Shown here: positions 11,766 to 23,212 of the stretch, piece by piece
Numbering within the stretch: the first letter of the stretch is position 1
Layout: every line of letters starts with the position of its first letter
Assembly (NCBI GenBank): GCA_010015805.1
Contig: ML978124.1
Span: 1,364,001 to 1,428,000 of the forward strand
Length of the DNA stretch: 64,000 nucleotides
Origin: Rhizodiscina lignyota
Lineage: Eukaryota
Direction: 5' to 3'
Program-made: the position numbers and the translations under genes
The notes under the pieces: model-generated
What the model was told of the DNA's origin: nothing
The model's input: the letters and a program-made list of their open reading frames with translations, nothing else
Database searches by the model: none

Positions 11766-11863
11766 GAACGCAAAACTGAGCTTTCAGAGATAATCTCGCA
11801 TACTTGATATATACTCCAATGAACGCAGAACCAAGCTTTCGGAGATAGTCTCGATAATCTTGA
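11766..11863. repeat. 55-bp tandem repeat, 2 copies (same family as 22225-22375)
   Basis: GAACGCAAAACTGAGCTTTCAGAGATAATCTCG at 11766 and GAACGCAGAACCAAGCTTTCGGAGATAGTCTCG at 11821. Confidence 0.8.
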
Positions 11864-12201
11864 AGAGCAAGAGCTACTCGCCCATAGGCGTTATAGCTCA
11901 TCCGGAGGCCAACTGTTTTGTCAGCCTCGAGCCACAATATCTATCTGACCTACTCCTTGAAAGAATTCCAATACGAAACGCTCAGGCTAAGACATTGCGC
12001 CGTAAAACACCGAGTGGCCGCCCAAGAGAGTTTGCAGAAAACCGCGCTTCGAATGCTGTATCTACAGAAATAGAAGAGGGATATCGCGCATGACTTGACT
12101 GCCGTTAACAAGAGAAGTAAAACCATCATCTAGCTTCATAGATTTCTCTGTCATCGCGTGAACGCTGCCGCCATCACCAAAGTCTATCCTTATCCCTACC
12201 C

Positions 12202-13444
12202 TTACACCTGCGCGTTCTCCGCCTGTAGTATTTCATCGCCCTCATGCTGGAGAGTGTGGATGACTTTCTTCAATGTCTCGAACGTCAGCATGGTCGTCAT
12301 CGCTGCCGGCACAGCGCGAACCATGTTCGTCCCCATGCCATTGTAGAACGCGCGCCACCCTTCTTCTTTCCATATCGTTTGGATTGTACTTATTACGCCT
12401 CTGTATCGAGGACGAAGGTTGATCATGCCGTCGGAACTCGCGGTGCCATGTGCACGCGTGCGGTAGTTCCCGCCAACGCCACCGCGGAACGAGACGTCTT
12501 CCGATGCGTGGGCGGGCCATGTGCGCTGCTGCGTCTGTAGGCGTGTACGCAGGACTTCGTGCGGGTATGTAGCGCTTGTAGCGCAGATTTTGGAGAGGAA
12601 TGTAGCTGCTAATATGCCGACAAAGTGCGTTTTATCGTCAGAGCTGGTAACTTGGCCCATCTCGAGGCCCGTAAACTCCTTTTTGAAGTACTCGTACAGT
12701 GGGAACTGAATGGCCACATGGGTAAGGCCAAGCAAGGCGGGTGCAAGGCCCGAGTAGAAGACACGCAAGCCCTCGGCGCGGTACATTTTCTTAAAAGCGT
12801 CGAGTGTGCTGCGGTAGTGCCAGGGCGTGCGGGCCTCTTTGGAGGCGCGTGAGGAGACTTGCGCCATGAGGCGGGTCTTGATGACCCAGATGGGATTGGT
12901 GGCCATAGTGGAGCAAGCGCCGGCGGTGATGGAGGCGTTGATTCGGGCTATCCATTTGTTTTCTGGGAGTGCGGTGGTTAGCGGGATTACAATGCTCAAA
13001 GTTCTAATCTTGGCGGCAAAGCTCACCCATCTTAGTGTAGTAGTAGTCTTTTGACTTTTCATAAACGGCCATATACACCGCCCATGTCGGAAGATAGCCC
13101 AACAGCATCGGCCCCAGCCCTCTGTACATTCCCCTTACGCCATCCTCTTTCCAGATGACCCTCGCCGTGCCTATCAAGCCATGATATAACTGACCAGACG
13201 TCGGTGGTCTTCTTATAATGTCCGACTGTCTGAATGAACCTTGCGCTTGCAGTCTCGTCTTAATGACGTCGAGGGGGCAAGTGACGATGCCGGAAGCAAC
13301 GCCCGCAACGGCGCCGCTGAAGCTGTTGATGTAGGTGGGAGAGAGCTTTGCGCAGAATACTGCAACATTTTGTCTTGGAGTAGTAACTGATCTGTTTCCT
13401 GTTCTCGTTTGTCGCGTTGTGCCCCCGGAGTCTTCCACGGACAT
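12202..13444 (-). CDS. NDT1: Mitochondrial carrier, NAD+ transporter (Ndt1/Yia6-like)
   Basis: Three SLC25 signatures (CPLDVIKTRLQ, NPIWVIKTRLM, YPHEVLRTRLQ) and GYLPTW/LLGLTHVAIQFPLYE. One intron at about 12963-13026. Start is 13444 or 13453. Confidence 0.85.
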
Positions 13445-14004
13445 TGTAAGCATTGGAGGCAAGGCCTAGAGAACGGTGGTCCCGGGGAGCGCGACCATTG
13501 GTGTTTGAAGAGAGCGAGGTATCGAGGATCTGTATGTGGAATTGATGGCGTGTCTGTCGCGTGCTTGTGTGCTGCTTGTAGCCCACTCCTCCTCTTACCC
13601 TGGCTCTCTGGTCTTCTCGGTGTGCGGAAGCCCCGCAGCACTCGAGCGACGCAATTGCTAACGATCCAGAAGCTCCATTGAGTGGCCGCACCGGCTGGCA
13701 AAGGTGTATGGAGAATGAGGGCTGGTGTGCTGGAAGGTGAGAGGCTGTCCGGGCCGCAAGCGCAGCGGTGATGAAAAAGGAAGATATGATGGCAGGCGGG
13801 GGAGACGGTCTTTGATGCGCACCTTCCTCCGGTCACTCGCTGCCCCGATTCCTGCACCTCCCGCGCTTTTCCCGCTACCGCGCGGAACTTGCCGGCTCGG
13901 GAGCTGCGTGAGAAGAAGCACTTCAGACCATCCCGACCTGTCCACACCCAACTTTACAGCACCGCGGCCACCACTCTCAATCGCTCCTTGAGGCCGCAGC
14001 AATC

Positions 14005-14579
14005 ATGTCCCAGCCGTCCCTCGCAAAGTTCGTGCTCAAGAGGCCGTGGCTGAAGCGGTGGATGCAGCCCATCTCGGACTGGTACCTGGCCAATGCAGGC
14101 TACAGGTCTCTCGGTTTGAGGTAAACAGCTCCTCAATGTTAACCCATTGGATCCTGGAAAACGTTCTTTTTGAACGTCTAGCCGTCGTTTCATGGAGAGC
14201 TGATTTTTCTGTCACGACAGGGCCGATGACCTCATCCCCGAGGAGAACGAAGTCGTTCAGCTTGCCCTCAAGCGTCTCCCCCCGAAAGAAGCTTACGACC
14301 GAGTCTTCCGCATGCGCCGCGCTTTCCAGGTACAAAATACTTGCAATTGAGACCGGACATGTATACTGACAGGAGAAAAGTGCTCGCTTGCCCATCAACT
14401 CCTCCCTAGAGCGGAACACACAATGCCCGAAGATGTAAGGATCCAGCTCTGAATGAGATAGTCGCAGCCGTTGACAAATACCGTAGGATGTTCCGTACCT
14501 CACACCGTTAATTGAAGAGATCGAGGCCGAGATTAAGGAGCGTGAAGACCTGGACAGCATGGTGGTGAAGAAGCGATGA
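14005..14579 (+). CDS. QCR7: Cytochrome b-c1 complex subunit 7; 4 exons (missed by ORF track)
   Basis: [20 protein letters not shown]...AGYRSLGL / [36 protein letters not shown] / CSLAHQLLP / [15 protein letters not shown]...KKR*. Confidence 0.95.
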
Positions 14580-14799
14580 TTCGGCAGCGGGCCGTAACCT
14601 TTGTACAGAAAACATTTCCTTTATCGAGGGCTATCTGCGGACTGCTTGCGCTGTAGAGTGTATCATATCATACAAGAAAGCCTTGTCTCAATTCGAAGTC
14701 TGCAAGTTGTCGTATCGTCGTACTGATGTTCTTACAGTTGTTGCCCTGTAATGAAACTCCGCATCCCCATAATCTCTATGCCAGGAAGATGCACGATTC

Positions 14800-15785
14800 C
14801 CGCTGAACGAGCGTCAATTTGATTAATCCTGGAGTCCCTTTCCAGTGAATTACGACATACGCATTAGGGCTCGCACAGCTTTACCTGTACTCTAATATGT
14901 ATCGCGAGCCACAGCATCCCAACGTGGATAGCAACTTCGGTGCACGGTATTCGACGCCAATTGCATGTACCGCACAAGATACACATATACTTGAAGTCAT
15001 CTGTGTTCAGCCAGACTTCGAGCATCAAACAAGCTTCAGTTCGGTTTACTCTGGAGTCTCTTTGAGCGAATTGCAACATATACGCGAGGACTTGTATAAA
15101 TTTGCTCATGCTCCCGTATAGAGTGGACGCTGGATCATTCAAGCATGGCTACTAAGTCAGATATACCGTATTCGACTCCAACTGCAGGCATGAAAAGGAA
15201 GCCAGATACACGAAGCCCCTGATCATCCAGGCTTCGAGCATCGAACGAGCTTCAATTCGGCCGTATCTAGAGTCCCTTTCAGTGAATTTGACTTGTAGGC
15301 GATCATAATGTCTCACTCATCGTGGTGGGTGCAGAGGGCTCGACAGGAATACGGCCCTTCCTTCGCCCGGTGCTCTTCGCCACTGTCGGATTGCTCTTGC
15401 TCGCTATCAGGTTGGTCGATGACAGGGTGGTCTTGTCGACGTCGGCTTCGCAACGCGTACTGCACGAGATACAGAGATATTGGAAGTAATCTGTGTTCAT
15501 CTGAACTTCTAGCGTCGAACGAGCTTTAATTCAGCTATATCTGGAATCCCTTTCAGTGAATTTGACTTAGCAGCCGAGGCTTCGTATAGATTTGCTTGTA
15601 CTCTATACAAATTGGACGCCCGGAGGTCCTAGCATGTTCACCAAGTCCGGGACACCATATACCATGCCAGTTGCATGCACAGCGAGAAATCAAGAGATAT
15701 TTGAAGCCTTATGTGCTTACACAAACCTTGGGTAACAGTTGAGCTTCGATATGCTTCATTCTGGAGTCCTTTTTGGTGCAGATAA
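14800..15785. repeat. Degenerate tandem array, 5 copies, period about 216-274 bp
   Basis: Core GAACGAGCTT..TTC....TATCTGGAGTCCCTTTCAGTGAATT. CTRGARTC anchors at 14829, 15051, 15267, 15541, 15761. Confidence 0.8.
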
Positions 15786-16077
15786 CTTAGCAACTGAGCC
15801 TTGATATCAAATTCATCGTCTCCCGCATATACCACGTGTACTGGGCGCCATGGTACATACAGCAAATGGGACGGAATGTGGGCGACAGCAATGGGAACGT
15901 AAGCAGAAGTGAGCAAATCTATGTTGGTGTTACTGCTCTTCCAAAGAGCACGATGCATTCAATCTATGTATTCGTTATTGGCTGCGCTGTGCGCCAGCAA
16001 ATCATCAATTGTCATGAACTTTTAGATACATTTGCATCTCCTCCTCCACCCCCCTCCCCACCCCCTTCCCTCACCCC

Positions 16078-17448
16078 TCACTTCTGCGACACCAAGAGTC
16101 CAGTCCTCATGGTGGTCGTGCGGGGGCGAACCCGCTCGTCAAGGCCGCTTCGCGCCCTGCCGAAGCGGTTCCACCAGTTCTTGACGGCCCATTGAGACCG
16201 TGAGATGCCCTCCCGAGCCATCTCCTCCGACACGCCGTACCAGAGGAGGTCGCGTGCACCGTCCCAGTGTGGCGCCAGGCGCCGCATCTGGAAGATGCAC
16301 GCTTTCTGCTCAGCTTCAGACCAATCGGTCTGTCCAGAAGCAGGCGGAGTACCGTAGAAGCTCTGTGAGTCTCCTACAACCGGGTTTGGGTACTTCGACC
16401 TGTCCTGGACAGACTGCTTGGTCTGTCGCTTCGCAACCTCCTCCTTCCGGGTGCGGGTGGTCTCCTTGGGCCCCTCCTCTTTCTTCTCCTTCTTGTCCTT
16501 CTTCTCCTTCTTCTCGTGCTTCACGCGCTTCTGGCGCTTGTTGGAGTCGTCGTCAGAGCCGTCATCGGAGCCGTCATCGGCGTGGTCGTCGTGATCATCG
16601 GGTCTGTTCCTCTTGCGAGAGGGAGGAGGAGGCGGCGGACTGCTGCCGGAGTCGGAGTCGGAGTCGGGATCCGCGCGGGCTACCGGTTTTCGAGAAGGAA
16701 TATGGCCAGCTCGGCGGCATGGCTTGCAGAACCAGTCGCCAGGTGGTACAGTGCGCACTGGCGCACAGGGAAGGTGCCACCAGTGTTCTTCAAAGCCATG
16801 CGAGGCCACATTGTCGCAAGCGATCATCTCGGCCCAGGAATCGTCGTGGGCACAGTGGGCCCGGCACGAATAAGCCACTTCCGTCCTCACCCCCTGCACA
16901 TACCACTTGGCGGTGATAGGCGGAGGCTCATCATCGTCACTGTCTTGACCTTGGTCAATGCTGTCCTGGTCAATGCTGTCCTGGTCAATGCTGTCCTGGT
17001 CAATGCTGTCCTGCTCAAGGCCGTCCTCGTCAAGGCCGTCCTGGTCAATGATGAGTTGCTTAGGGTCGATCGTCGCTTCGTCGTTGACGAGGGCGTAGTT
17101 GACGATCGCCTGGTGTTCATCAACAGTGGCATGGTTGGAGAGTCCTTGCTTGTCGTCTTGAATCTTCTTGAGGGCTGCCGTGCTCTCCCTTTTCGCCGGC
17201 TTGCTATCAAAGAACGAGATGCCGGGGTCATTTTCCAGTGGGGCGACATCGAGAAGATTGTTTGAACCTAAATCGGACAGGTCCAAAGATGATTCGATAG
17301 GGGGTTGGTTCGGGTTGTCATCGACTAGAGAGTGATCAAAGAAGTCGAATTCTGCGTCGATAGGAAAGATTGGATTCGTGACTGGTCCATCCGGAAGACC
17401 AAAAGTCGGGTCGAGAGGGGGTGAGTTGATAGGTGTGACTGAAGCCAT
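16078..17448 (-). CDS. Orphan nuclear protein with ING-like PHD finger and C-terminal Myb/SANT-like domain; intronless
   Basis: YSCRAHC...EMIACDN...HWWHLPC...WFCKPC, basic NLS-like stretches, and WSEAEQ...VKNWWNRFGRARSGLDER. The frame stays open upstream to ATG 17958, so the start is uncertain. Confidence 0.8.
   Translation of the reverse strand: MASVTPINSPPLDPTFGLPDGPVTNPIFPIDAEFDFFDHSLVDDNPNQPPIESSLDLSDLGSNNLLDVAPLENDPGISFFDSKPAKRESTAALKKIQDDKQGLSNHATVDEHQAIVNYALVNDEATIDPKQLIIDQDGLDEDGLEQDSIDQDSIDQDSIDQDSIDQGQDSDDDEPPPITAKWYVQGVRTEVAYSCRAHCAHDDSWAEMIACDNVASHGFEEHWWHLPCAPVRTVPPGDWFCKPCRRAGHIPSRKPVARADPDSDSDSGSSPPPPPPSRKRNRPDDHDDHADDGSDDGSDDDSNKRQKRVKHEKKEKKDKKEKKEEGPKETTRTRKEEVAKRQTKQSVQDRSKYPNPVVGDSQSFYGTPPASGQTDWSEAEQKACIFQMRRLAPHWDGARDLLWYGVSEEMAREGISRSQWAVKNWWNRFGRARSGLDERVRPRTTTMRTGLLVSQK
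16951..17050. repeat. Coding 15-bp minisatellite (DQDSI/DQDGL repeats, about 6.5 copies)
   Basis: (C/T)TGGTCAATGCTGTC x4 plus degenerate copies. Confidence 0.9.
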
Positions 17449-18409
17449 GATGTCGAGAAAGGGGGTAATGTGTAGTAGGAATTCTGAATGGATGAATGCG
17501 GGAAAAGGATAGTGGCCAGCACTGTATGTAGATATTCTGTATGGAGAGTCGAGAGAGAAATACGAAGCACAGAGAAAAAAAGAGAAGGAAGAAGAGTTCG
17601 ATTCGAGAAATAAGGATAAATACTCACAGGCTTTGCAAAGGTCCATTGTCGAAGCCGTCGACAATAGTCGGCTCGAGAGTATGGATGAGAAGCCATTGTC
17701 ATTGAGCAGGAAGGGATGAAACGCTTCCTGCGACGATGTTATTGTGGTGGTCCTGAGGCGACAATGGTATTGTGTCGGGTGGTGTGAAAAATGGGTGGCG
17801 GTGAAACTGTTCTGGGAAGACCGCCCTATTGTCGCGATTGTGAATAACTGTTCCAGCCTCCGTTTTGGTAAAAACTCTCGTACTGGTGCTCGAAGAACCC
17901 AATAAAGTCCAAGTCTGTTCGAGCTGTAGCAGCAGAGTTTGAGACAATAATAATTCATATTTTCGCGTGTCCAATCGATGCGAGTCTGGCAGCTCTGAGT
18001 CCAAATTCATGTTGTGGCTCTTCCACAACTTGAGCGGAAAAGAGCGATGGCAGAAGTTGCGTCTGCGCCTCACCACCTCTTCTACATCATCTCTCTCGAT
18101 TTCTTTGGGCAAACAATTCCTCTGAAGCTTGCCATTCCTTCTACTGCATGTGTCGAGGATGATCTGGCATTGATGGATATGAAGGGACTAATATCCAGTG
18201 AGCGAGTGGTTGGGTGGCGAATCGCGGCGAAACTCCGGTGTTGAGATCGTTCGTTCTGCCGCTAGATACCAGTGCCTTTCATACAGCTCCCGAAGAGATC
18301 GACTGCTTTTCAAGCCACTTGGGCGTGGCGTGCCATACGTACCATTGAGTAGTGCTGGTCGCGATGATTGACAGGTTCAAGTAGAGATGGGAAGAGATAA
18401 AGTCACGAA

Positions 18410-18910
18410 CGACGGTTTTGAAAGTGGAGCTGAGTATTGGTTAGCTGAAATATCTTGAATGGATGGATGTCATTTAATGCGACTTACTGGTGAGCTCCGT
18501 TGGTCGCGATGGTTCGAAGGCTTAAGGAGCCACGGCAAGAGAACTAATGCTCCTATGCAGTGGTTTCAGGAGCGAAGCTGGGTATAGGTTCATTTAATTA
18601 GTTTAAACAGATAATGTTCAGAAGTAGCTGTTCCGAGGAGTACAGATCCGTTTAAATGGTCTGAACAGGTAGTCACAGGCAGAGGATTCGAAAGCGGAAC
18701 TGAGCATGCTTGGAGCTAAGCGCAACCAATCCATTGGGACTGGGTAGTTTGGACGGATGATGGTCACGAGCAGCTGTTCTGAGGAGTATAAATCCCTTGA
18801 AATAGTCACGAGTAGTGGATCCGAAAGCGGAGTTTGACATAGTTGGAGCTAAGCACCATCACGGTATCCATTGAGACATTTTGAACGGATGGTTTTAACA
18901 GAAAGCGGCG
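18410..18910. repeat. Degenerate direct repeats, unit about 130-145 bp
   Basis: AGCTGTTCYGAGGAGTA at 18626 and 18772; GAAAGCGGA at 18690 and 18823; TTGGAGCTAAGC at 18710 and 18843; weaker copy at 18420. Confidence 0.75.
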
Positions 18911-19437
18911 AAGAAATTATCTACATAGGAGAGTGAGTGTAACCTCTGCTGATTCCCAATTTCTCCTCAGAATCGGGATGATCCTTCAAAGCCAGGCGCC
19001 CAGCCATGGGTTATGATTTACTCTACGCTCAGCGCGAAAACAGCTTTACCACTGAGGAGTGCGAAAGCTGCCGACAGTAATGTGATTTCTTGCTGGCGAT
19101 AGACTGAAGAAGAAATTTCGAGGGGCGTGTTGAAGATGAAGTTGAAAGTCTTGGCGCGCTAGGCGGCGCCACGCTCGGCGATTACCGAGCCCACCGCCGC
19201 CCGCACGTCAACATTGAAGCTGCCAGCTTGCAGTGCGCGCAGCAGAAGGCTTTCCATCTGGCCAGCTTACTGCCCTCCAACCTTTTCATCTCGCCAAAAA
19301 CTCGAACATCTCGAGTCGACTTCTCCACGGGCCTGGCTCAGTGATTCCGTTTCTGTTAGGAACTCCGCGCATTTACAATTGCTGAACTCTCACCTTACCG
19401 CATTCCTGCCCACGAGGGCAGACCATAACTGGTCACG

Positions 19438-21947
19438 ATGGATTACGAGAATCTCAAGGAGCAGTGGAGCGAGATCGAAGACAAAGATGGAGTGCGTCTC
19501 AGCTGGAACACATTTCCGAGCTCCCGAATGGTATGAAATGCTTCCGCACTTTGCTGATATACATATTAACGCAGTTTATAGGAAGCTTCGAGGCTTGTTG
19601 TGCCTATCGGCGCTCTCTACACACCCTTGAAGGAGAAGCCAGATCAAGCTCTCCTACAATATGAACCAGTCTCCTGCAAAGCTCCCTGCCGTGCCGTCCT
19701 CAATCCGTTCTGCCAAGTCGACATGCGAGCGCGATTATGGATTTGCCCTTTCTGCCTCCAGCGTAACGCTCTCCCTCCGCACTACAAAGACATCTCGCAC
19801 GACCAGATCCCTCCTGAGCTACATCCCGACAACACGACCATCGAGTACAGACTGGCAAGACCAGCGCCTTCTCCACCGATATTTGTCTTCGTTGTGGACA
19901 CATGCCAGGAAGAGGACAGCCTGAAGGCTTTGAAAGACTCGATTATCATGAGTTTAAGTCTCCTGCCTCCATATGCTCTCGTTGGATTGGTTACATTTGG
20001 GACGATGGCGCAAGTCCATGAAATTGGATATACGGAGTGCGCAAAGTCTTACGTCTTCCGAGGCAGCAAGGACTACACTGCGAAGCAAGTGCAGGAGATG
20101 CTTGGTTTGATGGCCTCCGGACTTCGACCTGGAATGGCCGGCATTCAACCTCAACCTGGCCGCGCTCCTCCACCCATGGGCCCAGCTGCTCGCTTCCTTC
20201 TCCCAGTGCAGCAGTGTGAGTTCCAGCTCACCAACGCGCTCGAGCAGTTGCAAAGGGACCCGTGGCCTGTTGCAAACGACAAACGTGCGCTGAGGTGCAC
20301 AGGAGTCGCCTTGAGCGTAGCTGTAGGATTGTTGGAAACGTCGTTCCAGAACGCTGGAGGCAGGATCATGCTCTTCACTGGTGGACCAGCCACGGAAGGC
20401 CCTGGTATGGTCGTTGGCCCTGAGCTTCGTGAGCCAATCCGATCGCATCACGACATTGACAGGGACAACATCAAATACTACAAGAAAGCCTTGAAATTCT
20501 ACGACAACCTCGCAAAGCGCACTGCACACAACGGTCATATCATCGACATATTCGCTGGCTGCCTCGACCAAGTTGGTCTTCTTGAGATGAAAGGACTTGC
20601 CAACTCCACCGGCGGCCACATGATTCTCACTGACAGTTTCACCTCTTCCATGTACAAGCAATCCTTCGCTCGCGTCTTCGACAAGGATGCTGATGAGAAC
20701 CTCCTCATGGGCTTCAATGCCTCTCTTGAAGTTCTCACAACCAAAGAGCTCAAAGTCACCGGCCTAATTGGCCATGCTGTTTCTATGAACAAGAAGTCAG
20801 CTTCAGTCGGCGAGACAGAATGTGGTATCGGCAACACATGCTCATGGAAGATGTGCGGCATTGATCCCGCCGCAAGCTACGGCATCTACTTCGAGATTGC
20901 TAGCCAAGGTGGTCCGAACCAGATGCAGCAAGGCCCGCAAAAGGGCATGATGCAGTTCCTCACATACTATCAGCACTCTGCTGGCCAATACCATCTTCGC
21001 GTCACGACTGTCGCACGTAACCTGAGCGGCCCGTCTGGCGATCCAGCCATTGCGCAGTCCTTCGATCAGGAGGCTGCTGCTGTGCTCATGTCACGCATCG
21101 CCGTCTTCAAAGCCGAAGTCGACGACGGCCCAGATGTCCTGCGCTGGGTCGACCGCATGCTTATCCGTCTCTGCTCGCGCTTCGCAGAGTACAGAAAAGA
21201 TGACCCCTCGTCGTTCCGCCTCGAGAAGAACTTCACCCTCTACCCGCAGTTCATGTTCCACCTGCGCCGCTCGCAGTTCCTCCAGGTCTTCAACAACTCC
21301 CCTGACGAGACTGCATTCTATCGGCATGTCCTGAATCATGAAGACGTTAGCAACTCACTAGTCATGATTCAGCCTACTCTGGACAGCTATGGCTTTGATC
21401 ATGAGGGCAGCCAGCCTGTGTTGTTGGACAGCACGAGCATACAGCCGGAGACCGTCCTGCTGCTCGACACTTTCTTCCACATCCTCATCTTCCACGGTGA
21501 GACCATCGCCTCGTGGCGCAAGGAGGGTTACCAGGCCCAAGAGGGATACGAATCGTTCGCGACGCTGTTGGAGGCTCCAAAGGAAGATGCGAAGGTGTGT
21601 ACTTTCTCTGGTGCATCTGCAGTATACCTCACTATGTAAATTCTAACGTACCTTCACAGGAACTGATCCAAGACCGCTTCCCTCTCCCCCGCTTCATCGT
21701 CTGCGACGCCGGCGGCTCGCAAGCGCGTTTCCTTCTCTCAAAGCTCAACCCTTCCACCACGCACACAACAGGTAGTTACGGTGGCGTGAGCCAGTCTGCA
21801 CAGACTATCTTCACGGATGATGTGAGCTTGCAGACCTTCATGGAGCATCTGATGAAGTGAGTCCCCAACGCATTGCTAATCCCTGAGAACTTGTGCATCT
21901 GCTAATCAAAGAATCGTTGTAGACTCGCAGTTAGTGGAACAGGCTGA
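19438..21947 (+). CDS. SEC23: COPII coat protein Sec23
   Basis: [15 protein letters not shown], Zn finger CKAPC...[30 protein letters not shown]. Introns 19531-19581, 21595-21659, 21857-21922. Confidence 0.98.
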
Positions 21948-22224
21948 GTATGAGCATAACAGGAGCTTGATTAATCGATTTGCATGGCGTTGAATAGCGT
22001 GCCTTTTACCATCGGACTCATGGCTTCAGGGCCATACGTTATGACGAGCCAGGCTTTTGCGTTTTCGTGTACGACAGGCAGCTAGATACGTCTATGACAC
22101 CCAATAGGAGCAATGAAAAAAGTTGACCACTCAAAACGCCAAATAGTAATAGCGTATAGCCTCTACAGTGAATAAGGCTCACAGTGTACACAAAAGTGTG
22201 CTATTCCCATATACTGTCCAAAGA

Positions 22225-22375
22225 TTATTAAATTAAGCTTTCAAAGATGGTCTCACCGGCCTTGACATACACTCCGAAGCACATGGAACAAAGCTTTCGT
22301 CAATCTATTACGTTCCTTAATATATGCACCAGTTGACGCAGAACTAAGCTTTAGAGATGGTCGTTAGTCTTAACA
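22225..22375. repeat. 55-bp tandem repeat, 3 degenerate copies (same family as 11766-11863)
   Basis: AAGCTT anchors at 22235, 22291, 22346. Third copy is GACGCAGAACTAAGCTTTAGAGATGGTC. Confidence 0.75.
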
Positions 22376-23212
22376 ATACGCTGCTGACAACGCCACATCG
22401 AAGCTGCTAAGGTACGCAAGGTAGTATTGGCCAGGCTGCTGATCTAATCGCATTGATCAGCGCAATTCAGTTAAACACAGCTACTTCGTCTGTAGTAATG
22501 GTGAGATGAAAGAAAAGTTGGGATTGTATTCAGACGCATCTGCCATCCGTGCACAACGGTGGTGAGCTGGGTATCATAGACTCTGATTGCGTATACTCGT
22601 CCCTCACCTCTGACGTGCAGGAATTGCTCTTCCTAAGGTATTCCAGCGTGTCCAACTACGAATTATTTCGTTACTTAGCACGTCCATGCATTGCGAGATC
22701 CTACCTGGGATTCGATTATCAATTTGATTAACTTGCTTGACTAACGCAACTCCTCATTAATCGGAGCCTCGAGATGCTCAAATCCCCCCGTCAACTCGAC
22801 CGAAGATGCTTCTCCCGCATCCATTTCGATACTCCGTCATGTGCAAACACTGACGGCATACAGGTCTCCGAGGCGTGCCCCGAGGCTCCACCGCCTGGGC
22901 AGCAAGGAAGGACTCTGGGAGACTTGGCAGTATATTGATGCTTAGACACCTACATTAATTTGGCTGAATATGCTTCTCGCTAAGGCTTTGCGCTGTTCCG
23001 CTGCGCTCCGCGTGCAAATGTTTATGGAAGAGACCTCTGCGGACTTTGAACTAAAGCCCAGCGGACTATCTTGCAGGAGACGCATGATACTTTGCTTCGC
23101 CTGTGAAACATGGATCTCCGTCATTATTTATGAATTGGGCTTAAGCGCAAGCCTTTCAAGTTTGATAAGCTATCCTACAGCTCTGCTCGTTACCCAAATG
23201 ATTTCTGCCTCT

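Noticed and set aside
14800..15785. Repeat-spacer pattern as a CRISPR array
   Set aside because: Eukaryotic context, highly degenerate repeats, spacers of about 170-230 bp that resemble each other, and no cas genes.
16200..17265. Long + strand ORFs (238 and 249 aa)
   Set aside because: Antisense shadows of the GC-rich, repetitive PHD-Myb gene.
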